The notes: generated by a model from the sequence alone, not told the origin. A stretch of DNA of 64,000 nucleotides from Desulfatiglandales bacterium (GCA_963667015.2 CAXXJJ010000001.1:832001-896000); one strand, 5' to 3'; positions 19,981 to 29,065 are shown, numbered from the stretch's first letter. Numbers and translations: made by a program.

Positions 19981-20239
19981 TTAAAACTCACATTGTGATT
20001 TCGAATTAATGATTGCTTGTTTTTGCATTAAAGATTGCCTTATCTAGATGAGATGATAACTTGCTCAGATATTAAAATATTTCACTTTAAAAATCCACAT
20101 CATATTGTGTATTTAAGGTATTAATAGTCATAAATATTGTATTTAGACAATTCCAAGGCCATATCTCAGATTTTTCTAGTTTAATCGGTTTATTATTGGT
20201 TAATTTATTTTATTATTCCTTTTAATTTAAATTAAATAT

Positions 20240-21217
20240 TTATAATCCAAACCTATCAAACACCTCTTTTTTATGCCATTCAATTGCTTCTGGATGAGGG
20301 TAATAATTTTCATCTTCTGGTAGATTTATTTGCATACCATTCATATCTAATATTGGGAACTTATTTGTGTTGGCGTTTTTGGCTTTTGGGTGAACGATAA
20401 TTTCGTATTGATCCGAGATAGTGAACATCCCTACATCAAAAGCCCAATGAGCAGTTCTTGAAAGAGTGATTCCATTCCTGGGATCATCTGATCCATTCTT
20501 GCTTTTTGATATTATATGTGCCGCCTGTGCTTCTGTGAGATTTTCGGAATGATACTTAACTCCAGTCACAGCACATTTATAGCCATATTGTTCCAGAACT
20601 ACCCTTGTAAAGGCTTGGTCTCGCTTTTCTTTTGCTACTTTATATATTGCTTTATCTTCTGCAATGAATGGGCTGAATGTGTCTAACGAGGATTCTCTTA
20701 AGGCTGTTTCATAAAGCAATTCATTATTAACGCCATTGCTGACCATCTCCATAGTTTTAAAATCAACATGGCAAATATTAAAAACATTCATTTCCGGGTC
20801 ATAATCCTCAATCAGTCCCAAACCCATTAAGCGGTATCTTGTCCCTTGCTTACTGGTCTTATCTGAAACTTGCTCCAGAACAATGATTGGTTCTTTGTCT
20901 GTCATGCAGTTGAACAAGCTGGTATTTACTGCACTATCCAGAGCACCTTTTTTGGGAGAATATTTTATTCGCCATCTACCATCAGGTAGCGGAGTTATCT
21001 TGTCTGCATATGGGTTGGTTTTCATGCTGGCAATACTTAGTGCATGTTCACTCCATGCTGGTTTAAAAATGCCTTCAATAAGGGGATGAATTCTTTCTAT
21101 GGAAGGGATGTAAAGTGAGGTCTTACGAAGAAACTCCGGCGTAACGAGTTTTCCATAGTATGGAAGCAGGTCACGAAAAATACTCCAGCGTTGCTTTAGG
21201 AGCGGTATGTGGTTCAT
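20240..21217 (-). CDS. HNH endonuclease with N-terminal putative modified-DNA-sensing (SRA-like) domain
   Basis: C-terminal CAVTG..AAHII..DDPRNGITL..TAHWAFD; N-terminal GIFKPAWSEHALSI..PYAD. Confidence 0.75.
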   Translation of the reverse strand: MNHIPLLKQRWSIFRDLLPYYGKLVTPEFLRKTSLYIPSIERIHPLIEGIFKPAWSEHALSIASMKTNPYADKITPLPDGRWRIKYSPKKGALDSAVNTSLFNCMTDKEPIIVLEQVSDKTSKQGTRYRLMGLGLIEDYDPEMNVFNICHVDFKTMEMVSNGVNNELLYETALRESSLDTFSPFIAEDKAIYKVAKEKRDQAFTRVVLEQYGYKCAVTGVKYHSENLTEAQAAHIISKSKNGSDDPRNGITLSRTAHWAFDVGMFTISDQYEIIVHPKAKNANTNKFPILDMNGMQINLPEDENYYPHPEAIEWHKKEVFDRFGL

Positions 21218-21378
21218 CGTTTATGGTTCCTGGTTTATCTTTAGAAAACAAATTCAATATTCAAAATTCAAGAATCAAGGTTTTGAAAACAGGCGCTGGT
21301 TTCAAGTCCTATAGAATCCTCACACCCTTCTTTTTAACCTTTTTCCCAATTTTCTCGATCGCCCCATACAGATTTTAC

Positions 21379-21546
21379 GGGTTGGCCAAGTTAACTAATT
21401 GGAATTAAATAATATACTCTTAAAATACCCCTTTAATTTAAGCCTATATGTACGTTTTTAGGGGCAAAAATCTCGATATAGAGCCTGAAAACACCTGTTT
21501 TAAGGATGCTATTCAATAGAAATAAATAGGTTGTTTTGACCAACCC
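21379..21546. mobile_element. MITE-like element, 168 bp
   Basis: Imperfect terminal IRs GGGTTGGCCAA / TTGACCAACCC; truncates the DUF1016 gene after LSWS. Confidence 0.55.
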
Positions 21547-21985
21547 TTGACCAGCTCAGACGAGTAAACAGATTATATTGCAGTTCATTATCAAATTCGG
21601 CACTCACTGAGTGCCATTTTTCGTTGCTGATTCCGGCACTCTGTGGGTGCCATAAGTTTTCAAAAGGAAATGTAAGGTAGAATTGCCGAATTTCCCGAAT
21701 TCGTCTTTCATCAAGACCTTTATCAAAATCTTTACTGAGTTCTTCTGCAATTCGTTTAAGAATCTGTTTGCCGTATTCCGCACGAAAATTTCCGTTTTGT
21801 TCTTCAACAACAATTCGTCTTCCAACAAGCCAGTATGCCCGAACCATGATGAAGTTTACTGCTGAATAGGCCTGTATCCTTGCCTGAGAAAGAATTTCCC
21901 TGATGTCGTTAACAACACTGCTTTCTATAAAATCTGTTTCGCTTAACTTATTATTTTCAGATTTTGATTTCATAGCCCAACTCAC
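21509..21985 (-). pseudogene. Truncated DUF1016 (YhcG) N-terminal domain
   Basis: AYWLVGRRIVVEEQNG.RAEYGK, IRQFYLTFP and LSWS, then read-through into the MITE. Confidence 0.8.
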
Positions 21986-22099
21986 TAAAAACTTTCAAAA
22001 GTTCTTTTTTGATGTCTCTTCTTCTTTCAGCAACGCCTCAACAACTTCTTTGATTCTACCAATTATCACATTTTCCAATGTTAAATAGTTTTTATAAAT

Positions 22100-22828
22100 T
22101 TATTTCCGCACATCCTTAAGATACATAGCCTTGCCATCTTTTCTCATCTCAATATCAAACAGTTCACTTACTTTTATTAAATCACTGGGCTTTTTATAGC
22201 CGTAGTTAATAGATGAAAAAGAGCTGTTGTTTGATATGTAATTGGCGACCTTGCTCATATCCGCCCAGCCGTCATCATCGGATGTCTGTTCAACCGCGGT
22301 TCTGAGCAGCCGGACCAGGGAAGTGTCCTGCCGCAGTTCTTTCTTACTTTTCTTTACCGGATTTTGAGGGGTGTCTGTTTTGTGCTCATCTTCAGAAACA
22401 AGATTTTCTGTGTAAATAAACGGTGAACAGGCATCGACAAACGCTTTTGGTGTTTTCTTTTCGCCAAACCCATAAACCGGCAGTCCGCTTTCAAGTATTC
22501 TCATTACCAGGGGAGTGAAGTCACTGTCACTTGTCATTAATGCAAAGGCATCAACATTTTTACTGTACAGCAAATCCATGGCGTCGATAATCATCGCAGA
22601 ATCTGTGGCATTTTTTCCTTTTGTATAAGCAAACTGCTGCATGGGCCGAATAGCATTGGGCTGCAGCTTTTCTATCCAGCCGGATAAGGATTGATTATTC
22701 CAGTCTCCGTGTGCATGCCGGACATTTACCGTGCCGTATTTAGCCAGTTCTTCTAAAACCCCTTCTATTGAAGTATGACTGACATTGTCGCAGTCAATGA
22801 GAAGGGCTATTCGTTTTCTTTCTGCCAC
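22100..22828 (-). CDS. NYN (LabA/DUF88, PIN-like) RNase with C-terminal OST-HTH/LOTUS domain
   Basis: LLIDCDN, KGKNATD, TSDSDFTPL motifs; C-terminal DDGWA...NYGYKK. Confidence 0.88.
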   Translation of the reverse strand: MAERKRIALLIDCDNVSHTSIEGVLEELAKYGTVNVRHAHGDWNNQSLSGWIEKLQPNAIRPMQQFAYTKGKNATDSAMIIDAMDLLYSKNVDAFALMTSDSDFTPLVMRILESGLPVYGFGEKKTPKAFVDACSPFIYTENLVSEDEHKTDTPQNPVKKSKKELRQDTSLVRLLRTAVEQTSDDDGWADMSKVANYISNNSSFSSINYGYKKPSDLIKVSELFDIEMRKDGKAMYLKDVRK

Positions 22829-23134
22829 TATAGTCTCCTGGATTTATGACTTTTAATAAAAAATATTAGGGATGGGTTCGGTTAAATAAACAAAAATGTC
22901 TAACTGGATTCACCACGTTAAAACAATGCTCTGTTCCAATCTTACCTTCGGTTTTTAACAGGGTGAACCATGTTAAATAAAATTTTTTACCTTCAAATTT
23001 CACCTTCAGTATTTAACTCGGCAAACTTGATCAATTTTTATATTTTATCAGCTATATGTAATCATATTGGTGGAAATTTTCTCTCTTTGTGGAGTTTTTA
23101 GCAAACTCTTTTTGTAAAGGCAAGAGAGTAAAAC

Positions 23135-23345
23135 AGCAGAGCGCAGAGAGCAGAGTGCATAGAGTGAAAGCAGGGAAATGGGTAAAATCCAGAAGTCAGA
23201 GATCTGAGGTCGGAGGGCAGGAAAAGATCGAGATCGGATGTCAGTGGTCAGAGGTCGGGGGAAAATAGGCTGAAGCAGTTTAGGCTGTAGACTGATGGGG
23301 AAAGCAATAAAAACCAGAGATCTGAGGTCGGAGGTCGGATATCAG
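23135..23345 (+). repeat. Degenerate heptamer tandem repeats plus first AGGCTG composite repeat
   Basis: CAGAGCG CAGAGAG CAGAGTG; AGAAGTC AGAGATC TGAGGTC; AGGCTGAAGCAGTTTAGGCTGTAGACTG at 23267-23294. Confidence 0.75.
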
Positions 23346-23492
23346 GGAAAGGCAGCTTCAATTCTCTACATCCGCAGGATGTTATGGACCTAGGATATTG
23401 CTCACGCCCTTTCATTTGTTTGACTTAGTATTTTTTTCCTATATAATTAAAGAAATTGTTAAGTAAAAAAGCCAAATAGAGAGTAATTATCC

Positions 23493-23810
23493 ATGCCCGA
23501 CTGTAAAATAAAATTGCCGCAGGACAAGATTAAGGCATTTTGTAAAAAATATCAGATTATTGAATTTTCACTTTTTGGTTCTGTGCTTACAGATCAATTC
23601 AACTATGATAGTGATGTTGACATACTTGTGAGCTTTGATGAAAATGCTAAACATACTCTCTTTGATCTGGCCAGAATGAAAAATGAACTCGAACAATTGC
23701 TGGGTTATGAAGTGGATCTTGTCAGTAGACGGGGTATTGAAACCAGCAGAAACCTTATCCGCAAAAACGCTATCCTTAACTCAGCCGAGCCGATATATGC
23801 TGCGGGATAA
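23493..23810 (+). CDS. MntA-type nucleotidyltransferase antitoxin
   Basis: LFGSVL, DSDVDILV and VDLVS motifs. Confidence 0.88.
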   Translation: MPDCKIKLPQDKIKAFCKKYQIIEFSLFGSVLTDQFNYDSDVDILVSFDENAKHTLFDLARMKNELEQLLGYEVDLVSRRGIETSRNLIRKNAILNSAEPIYAAG

Positions 23811-24306
23811 AGAATATCTAACTGGTGCCCATCCATAAACTATATTTTAGGCACTACTTGGTTTCCAATTCATAAACGAGATATTTTTTACAAGATCAAG
23901 GAAATCAAGGAATGGCGCGGAGATGTACTTTAGTACATCGCACAAGTCATTCCGCAGATTGACGCAGAAATTGTGAAAAAAAGCCGTTTATGGATGGAAA
24001 CTAACTGATATCCTTGAATCATGTAAGCTCATCGTATCCCATACATCCAATATTGCGAAAAATGAATTTCTTGATGATGTAAAATGTCAGGATGCTGTTA
24101 TACGCAGATTTGAAATTATAGGTGAAGCCGCACGACGAATATCTGATGAAATGAAGTCTAAATATCCCGAAATACCATGGTTAGAAATGACCGGTATGAG
24201 AAATGCTATGATACATGAGTATGACGATGTTGATATGGTAATTGTCTGGGAGACAGTGAAAAGTGATATTCCCGCGCTGGTAACTGCTATAAATAAAATA
24301 ATCTGA
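23797..24306 (+). pseudogene. HepT (DUF86/HEPN) toxin interrupted by a MITE
   Basis: Removing 23825-24007 restores MLRDKEYLTDILE...QDAVIRRFEIIGEAA...IPW..MTGMRNAMIHEYD...*. Confidence 0.88.
23825..24001. mobile_element. MITE (apparently two tandem units) with 6-bp target duplication
   Basis: GTGCCCATCCATAAAC ... GTTTATGGATGGAAAC; TAACTG at 23819-23824 and 24002-24007; internal second left end GTTTCCAATTCATAAAC at 23861. Confidence 0.8.
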
Positions 24307-24415
24307 TTAAAAAACTTCTATCTTTCAAAAACAATATTCCTTTTCATAACCCTGACTAAAATCAATTCCTATTAGCTCTTTCTGCCATATGATTTATCTG
24401 TAAACGCGAAACGCG

Positions 24416-24521
24416 TCCGCCTTCGTAAAAGACATTCATACTTCGGTCTTCGCTATGAAGCTTCCGTCTTCGCCAAGGCTACGCGGGGACAAGACGCCCC
24501 GACAAGATGGCGGAGGGCAGG
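24416..24521 (+). repeat. Three-level nested short hairpin elements (TCCGCCTTCG...CT-A...GACAAG family)
   Basis: Outer unit 24416-24521, middle 24443-24506, inner 24463-24493. Confidence 0.65.
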
Positions 24522-24544
24522 AATAAAAAAGCAGACTGAAGCAG

Positions 24545-24598
24545 TTCACCCTGTTAAATGCTGCCTCGCAGCCCGCCTTGCGGATTTAACAGGGTAAA
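24545..24598. repeat. 54-bp palindromic element, copy 1 (others at 26397-26450 and 27423-27476)
   Basis: TTCACCCTGTTAAA-TGCTGCCTCGCAGCCCGCCTTGCGGA-TTTAACAGGGTAAA. Confidence 0.85.
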
Positions 24599-24658
24599 GG
24601 CTGCCGTCGTCGCCAGGGCTATGCCGTGCCACGGTAGGCTGTTAGGGATAAATTCAAA

Positions 24659-24687
24659 TTGACTTCTTGTAGCCATGTGGCTACACT
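24659..24687 (+). promoter_or_regulatory. Sigma-70 promoter with perfect palindromic TA operator
   Basis: TTGACT, 17 bp, TACACT; TGTAGCCA-TG-TGGCTACA at 24668-24685. Confidence 0.7.
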
Positions 24688-24693
24688 ATTATC

Positions 24694-24780
24694 ATGATCG
24701 AAATTCGGAAAACAGACACATTCGCAAAGTGGATTGATGGGCTGAAAGATATTCGTGCTCGTGCCCGCATACTTGCTTGA
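24694..24780 (+). pseudogene. Truncated RelE/HigB-like addiction module killer protein
   Basis: MIEIRKTDTFAKWIDGLKDIRARARILA*; the remainder of the gene is absent. Confidence 0.8.
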
Positions 24781-24797
24781 TAGTATAGGAGTTTATC

Positions 24798-25232
24798 ATG
24801 GCTAAAACAAAAACCACTAAATATGATGTTGCTGAACATCTTCGTACGCCTGAAGAAATGGCGGCCTATCTTGAAGCATGTATTGAAGATGCAGATGGAG
24901 ATGCCGCATTTATTGCTAAAGCACTGGGAGATATTGCACGTGCCAAAGGCATGACACAGGTTGCGCGTGGTTCAGGTCTTTCCCGTGAAAGTCTTTATAA
25001 GGCCCTCTCCGGTGAACGGAGCCCGGGTTTTGATACGATTCTTAAAGTAATCAGTGCACTTGGTCTGAAACTACATGCAGAAGCAGCCCACATACCAACC
25101 CCTGAATGGCATGCAAACACATTGGAATCAGGGGAACTGGAAATCAGGGAAGAGGGGAAAAGCCAGTGGTCGGAGGGCAGAGGGCAGAGGGCAGAAGTCA
25201 GGGAAAAGATAGAGGTCGGAGGTCAGGAATAA
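24798..25232 (+). CDS. Addiction module antidote protein (HTH) with spurious C-terminal extension
   Basis: YDVAEHLRTPEEMAAYL, ALGDIARAKGMTQVA and GLSRESLYKALS motifs. Confidence 0.88.
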   Translation: MAKTKTTKYDVAEHLRTPEEMAAYLEACIEDADGDAAFIAKALGDIARAKGMTQVARGSGLSRESLYKALSGERSPGFDTILKVISALGLKLHAEAAHIPTPEWHANTLESGELEIREEGKSQWSEGRGQRAEVREKIEVGGQE

Positions 25233-25304
25233 AAGCAGGCTGAAGCAGTTTAGGCTATAGGCTGTTAGGGAAAACGACAAACAAGCAGTCATAGATCAGA
25301 TGTT

Positions 25305-25358
25305 TTACCGAAAATAGCTCAAGGCTAAAATCAGTAATTTAATACTGAGTTCAGAGGG
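25305..25358 (+). repeat. ~54-bp repeat family B, copy 1 (others at 26499-26552 and 29064-29117)
   Basis: TTACCGAAAAT(A/G)GCTCAAGGCT...CTGAGTTCAGAGGG. Confidence 0.8.
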
Positions 25359-25490
25359 AAGAAATCAGAGGGCGGAGAGCAGTGCGGGACGGGTAAAAAT
25401 TTTTATTTTTATACTAAATTTGCCGATATTCAGAAATAAGAATAGCAAACACCTACAATCGCATAACATTTAAAGCTTTCAGGAGAAACT

Positions 25491-26324
25491 GTGCCTTTAG
25501 ACGACCTGGTTAATGAAGTATACAGAAAAATCGGCAGAAACGTGGTGCTTTTCCAGGTGCTGGAGTCTTATTTAAAGTACATTGTAGCGAATGGTTCTAT
25601 TTCCGGTTATGCAAGTGAAATAAAAGCAAAGCAGGCTGAGCATATATCCTGTGTTAAGAAAAAAACTATGGGGACACTGGTTGGAAAGTATGTTGAGCAT
25701 ATCGATCCGGATTATGAAAAACCTCCTGAACCTGAAGTACTCACCGAGCCCCATTTTTCAATCAATTTTCGTTTAGAACCTGACCAAAGTTTTTACGAAA
25801 CTAAAAAACAGGACCTGGCTGAGCTGGTCGATGAAAGAAACGAGTTGGTACATAACCTGCTTCCGGAATTTAATAAAAACTCTGAAGAAAGCTGCAGGAT
25901 GCTTGAAGAGAAACTGGATAGGCAGTGTGAAAAGATACGTTCAGAGATAGGCCAGATTGAACCTGTTGCCAGAACTATTAAAGAGACAAGAAAGAAAATG
26001 GCTGATTTCTTTAACTCCGAGGAGGGTGAAAAACAGTTCTATTTATTATACTTGAAATCAAACTCAATAGTCTTTTTACTTGCGGATATTACAACCCGGA
26101 CTAATCGTACAGACGGGTGGACCTCAATGTCATGGGCAGCTAATCTTATACAAAAGGAAGCACCTGAAGAATATTCAGCTATAAAGAAAGATTATGGATT
26201 AAAGAGTCTTATGCTCGCGACGGGGTTATTTGATATTTGTGAAGAAAAGACTGAGAATGGCGGGAGCAGGATTTTGTACAGGTTGAATGAAAACTGTGAA
26301 ATCAGGGACCAGTCGGCTTCGTAA
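25491..26324 (+). CDS. HEPN-like domain fused to OST-HTH/LOTUS domain
   Basis: IGR.VVLFQVLE, TMGTLV and RNELVH (RxxxxH) motifs; C-terminal DGWTSM..AA...YGLKSLMLATGLFDI; AGGAG RBS before GTG. Confidence 0.65.
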   Translation: MPLDDLVNEVYRKIGRNVVLFQVLESYLKYIVANGSISGYASEIKAKQAEHISCVKKKTMGTLVGKYVEHIDPDYEKPPEPEVLTEPHFSINFRLEPDQSFYETKKQDLAELVDERNELVHNLLPEFNKNSEESCRMLEEKLDRQCEKIRSEIGQIEPVARTIKETRKKMADFFNSEEGEKQFYLLYLKSNSIVFLLADITTRTNRTDGWTSMSWAANLIQKEAPEEYSAIKKDYGLKSLMLATGLFDICEEKTENGGSRILYRLNENCEIRDQSAS

Positions 26325-26396
26325 AAAAGGGCAAAAGATTTTTTGCCTCTACAACGCCGTGCCAGGGAGATCAGTGATAAAAGCAGGCTGAAGCAG

Positions 26397-26450
26397 TTCA
26401 CCCTGTTAAATGCTGCCTCGTAGCCCGCCTTGCGGATTTAACAGGGTAAA
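26397..26450. repeat. 54-bp palindromic element, copy 2
   Basis: One substitution relative to copy 1. Confidence 0.85.
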
Positions 26451-26674
26451 GGCTGTAGACTGTTAGGAAAAGAAGGGGAAAACCAGAAGTCGGAAGTCTT
26501 ACCGAAAATGGCTCAAGGCTAAAATAGGTAATTGAATACTGAGTTCAGAGGGCAGTCGGCATCATGTTTTACGCAGTGCCAGGGAAGCTTTTTTAGCTTT
26601 TAAATTTCCTATTTGAATATATCTTCTGTAATATCCTCCTGAGTCTGCTGCATTGCGTCTCCAGTTTACCTGGA

Positions 26675-26703
26675 TTGACATCTGTAAACAAATTGTTTAT
26701 AGT
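26675..26703 (+). promoter_or_regulatory. Sigma-70 promoter with palindromic operator for higBA
   Basis: TTGACA, 17 bp, TATAGT; TAAACA-AAT-TGTTTA palindrome. Confidence 0.7.
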
Positions 26704-26710
26704 GTCTGTT

Positions 26711-26992
26711 ATGATCAAAACATTTGTGGATACTGAAACGGAAAGGTTTTATGCTACTGGAAAATCCAAACGATTTCCCCCGGATATTCAGAAACGGGCA
26801 GCAATGCGTCTGAATCAGCTTGATGCAGCAACCGCTCCAGACGACCTTCGTATGCCTCCATCAAATCATCTGGAATTATTAAAAGGTGATAGAAAAGGCA
26901 GATACAGTATCCGTATTAACGATCAATGGCGACTCTGTTTTCAGTTTGAAAACGGCAGCGCCTGTGATGTCGAAATTATAGATTATCATTAA
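26711..26992 (+). CDS. higB: HigB (plasmid maintenance killer-type) toxin
   Basis: MIKTF, DLRMPPSNHLE.LKGDRKG.YSIRINDQWRLCF and IIDYH motifs. Confidence 0.9.
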   Translation: MIKTFVDTETERFYATGKSKRFPPDIQKRAAMRLNQLDAATAPDDLRMPPSNHLELLKGDRKGRYSIRINDQWRLCFQFENGSACDVEIIDYH

Positions 26993-27004
26993 GGAGTTTT
27001 CATC

Positions 27005-27301
27005 ATGGTTCAAAAAGGTTTACCCCCGATTCATCCGGGCGAATATTTAAAAGAGATCCTTGAGGAATTAGGGATTTCACAGGCGGATTTTTCACGCAGT
27101 ACCGGACTTTCAACTATGAGAGTTTCTCATGTTATTCATGGAAAACGGCCCGTTACAGCTGAAATGGCCTTGATCTTAGGTAAGGCTTTCGGTCAGACAC
27201 CACAATACTGGCTTAATCTGCAATCTGCATATGATCTTAAAACTGCTGAAATGTCTATTGGATCCAGACTTACGAAGGTTCAATCGTTTGCTCATGCTTA
27301 G
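27005..27301 (+). CDS. higA: HigA (VapI-like) antitoxin
   Basis: PIHPGEYL, VTAEMAL and WLNLQSAYDL motifs. Confidence 0.9.
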   Translation: MVQKGLPPIHPGEYLKEILEELGISQADFSRSTGLSTMRVSHVIHGKRPVTAEMALILGKAFGQTPQYWLNLQSAYDLKTAEMSIGSRLTKVQSFAHA

Positions 27302-27422
27302 AGCCCACTGACGTAATTCTTATTTAAACATCTCTTCGTAAAAAAAAGGGCAAAAGATTTTTTGCCCCTGCAACGCCGTGCTACGGAAGTCGGAGGTCAG
27401 TGATAAAAGCAGACTGAAGCAG

Positions 27423-27476
27423 TTCACCCTGTTAAATGCTGCCTCGCAGCCCGCCTTGCGGATTTAACAGGGTAAA
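27423..27476. repeat. 54-bp palindromic element, copy 3
   Basis: Identical to copy 1. Confidence 0.85.
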
Positions 27477-27498
27477 GGCTGTAGGCTGATAGTAAAAC

Positions 27499-27561
27499 CT
27501 GGATTCTCCGGTCAAGCCGCAGAATGACACGAAAAAGATATCACTCAGAGGTCAGGGAAAG
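27499..27561 (+). repeat. REP-like hairpin repeat (second copy at 29295-29358)
   Basis: CTGGATTCTCCGGTCAAGCCGCAGAATGACAC...AGAGGTCAGGGAAAGC. Confidence 0.75.
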
Positions 27562-27652
27562 CAGGGTAATACAGGAAATCAGGAATAAGAAAAGAGAAAA
27601 TAGGAAAGAGAGGTAAAGCTAAAACTGACATTTGAGGCAGAATTAAAATTAA

Positions 27653-27838
27653 CTATTCATTGGCTGCCTGGTTGTTCTCATCTTCGATATACTGCAGAAT
27701 TATTTTTCCATTTTTATTTAGAACAAGAGGAGTCCTTGTATCTTTTGCAATTTTCCTGGCATTCTGAGCTGCTCGTTTAAGCGCATCTTCAACCTTGGCA
27801 AGGTCAGGGTCCTGAATTATTTTTTTTGTTTTAGTCAT
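27653..27838 (-). CDS. Small protein partnering the zeta-like ATPase (probable antitoxin)
   Basis: DPDL..VEDALKRAAQNARKIA..T.TPLV; 4-nt overlap with the upstream gene. Confidence 0.6.
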   Translation of the reverse strand: MTKTKKIIQDPDLAKVEDALKRAAQNARKIAKDTRTPLVLNKNGKIILQYIEDENNQAANE

Positions 27839-28364
27839 ATATTGTTTCCTTCATCAATCAGCTTCGGACTTTCATCTGAATTATCATATAGTACCCAGCT
27901 GTCTACCAGTTTTTTGTAAACATTATGAAAGTTATTTAAGCCTTTGTCAAACCTTCTTCGAATAACAGATTCATCAATATTATGCCCGCCCTGGGCAACA
28001 CGAAATTTTACTCTTTCAATGGCCATGTCAACATCCGGGAGACTTAAGAATATCAGTTTAGTCCTGTATCCGATTTCCCGCCATTCCCGGATATACCGGG
28101 TATAGATAAGATAAGTCCACTTAACGTGGTTTCAAAGGCAAAATTTTCTCTTCGCTTTGTAAATTCATTTATCTCTTCAATCATCAGGCGCCCCGCCTTT
28201 ATGGCTGCCTGTTCCGGTGTAAAAGGAGACAATCCGTCTGCTATTAGATCTGCATTAACAAAAAAAGGACAGTCCGCATCTTTAACCAGAAACTACCTCG
28301 CGAATGTAGTTTTACCTGCACCGTTTGGACCAGCAATGATTACTATTTTATTTTCCATGCTCAT
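27835..28364 (-). pseudogene. Zeta-toxin-like P-loop ATPase pseudogene
   Basis: IIAGPNGAGKTTF, NADLIA, FAFETTLSG and RVAQGGHNI motifs; TAG at 28293-28295 and a frameshift at the CTTATCTTATCT duplication near 28105-28120. Confidence 0.85.
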
Positions 28365-28553
28365 AGTCGATCTTATGTTTGGATAATACTTAACTAACGA
28401 GAATTGTGTCGTTTTTTTATTCTTCGTTTTTAGCAGAAAAGATATGAGGGGGCAATTGAAAAGCAGGCTGAAGGCTTTTAGGGAAAACAGGATAAGACAG
28501 GAAATCAGGAATAAGAAAAGAGAAAATAGGAAAGAGGAGAAATAAAATCGAAA

Positions 28554-28642
28554 TTATGGGAAGAATTTGTATATCTCTTTTCTGTGCAAAACACTTTCTT
28601 AGAAAGCTCTTTTAAAAAACGTTTACGATATGCCGTATTCAT
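28554..28642 (-). pseudogene. RelE-family toxin with large internal deletion
   Basis: MNTAYRKRFLKELS joined out of frame to LHRKEIYKFFP*. Confidence 0.7.
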
Positions 28643-28842
28643 CAGGATTTTTCCAGTTGTTCGTAATGCGCCTTCGCTTCATTTATACTTAATACCTCTT
28701 CACCCTTGTTTCCTTTCATCAATTCTAGAAGCGCATAGTCCTCCAAAAGCTCTTCCATCTTTTCAAATGTCTCGATTGGAATCTTGACTGCAACCTTCCT
28801 GTTGTTTTCATCCATGATATATCTTCGGTCTATTACATTCAT
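28642..28842 (-). CDS. Small RelB/Phd-like antitoxin
   Basis: YIMDENNRKVAV.IPIE.FE.MEELLED; coupled to the RelE remnant. Confidence 0.65.
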   Translation of the reverse strand: MNVIDRRYIMDENNRKVAVKIPIETFEKMEELLEDYALLELMKGNKGEEVLSINEAKAHYEQLEKS

Positions 28843-28927
28843 TCTTCAAACTCCATTTATAATTAGTTCTAAATATTTTACAATAATCCGTACAAAACTC
28901 AAAGGATAATGTTGGTTGCTAGATTCG

Positions 28928-29065
28928 CTACTCCTTACATTTTTCAAGGATAATCAGATTGTGGGACCATGCAATTTCTGCAACCAGTGGTTGCAGTTTT
29001 GAATCCTCCTCATAGCAAAGATAAAAACTCCGCATGTACCAGATATTTCTGGCAGAAAATCCTTT
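28928..29065 (-). pseudogene. Internal fragment of a second DUF1016 (YhcG) gene
   Basis: KGFSARNIWYMRSFY...KLQPLVAEIAWSHNLIILEKCKE*. Confidence 0.75.
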
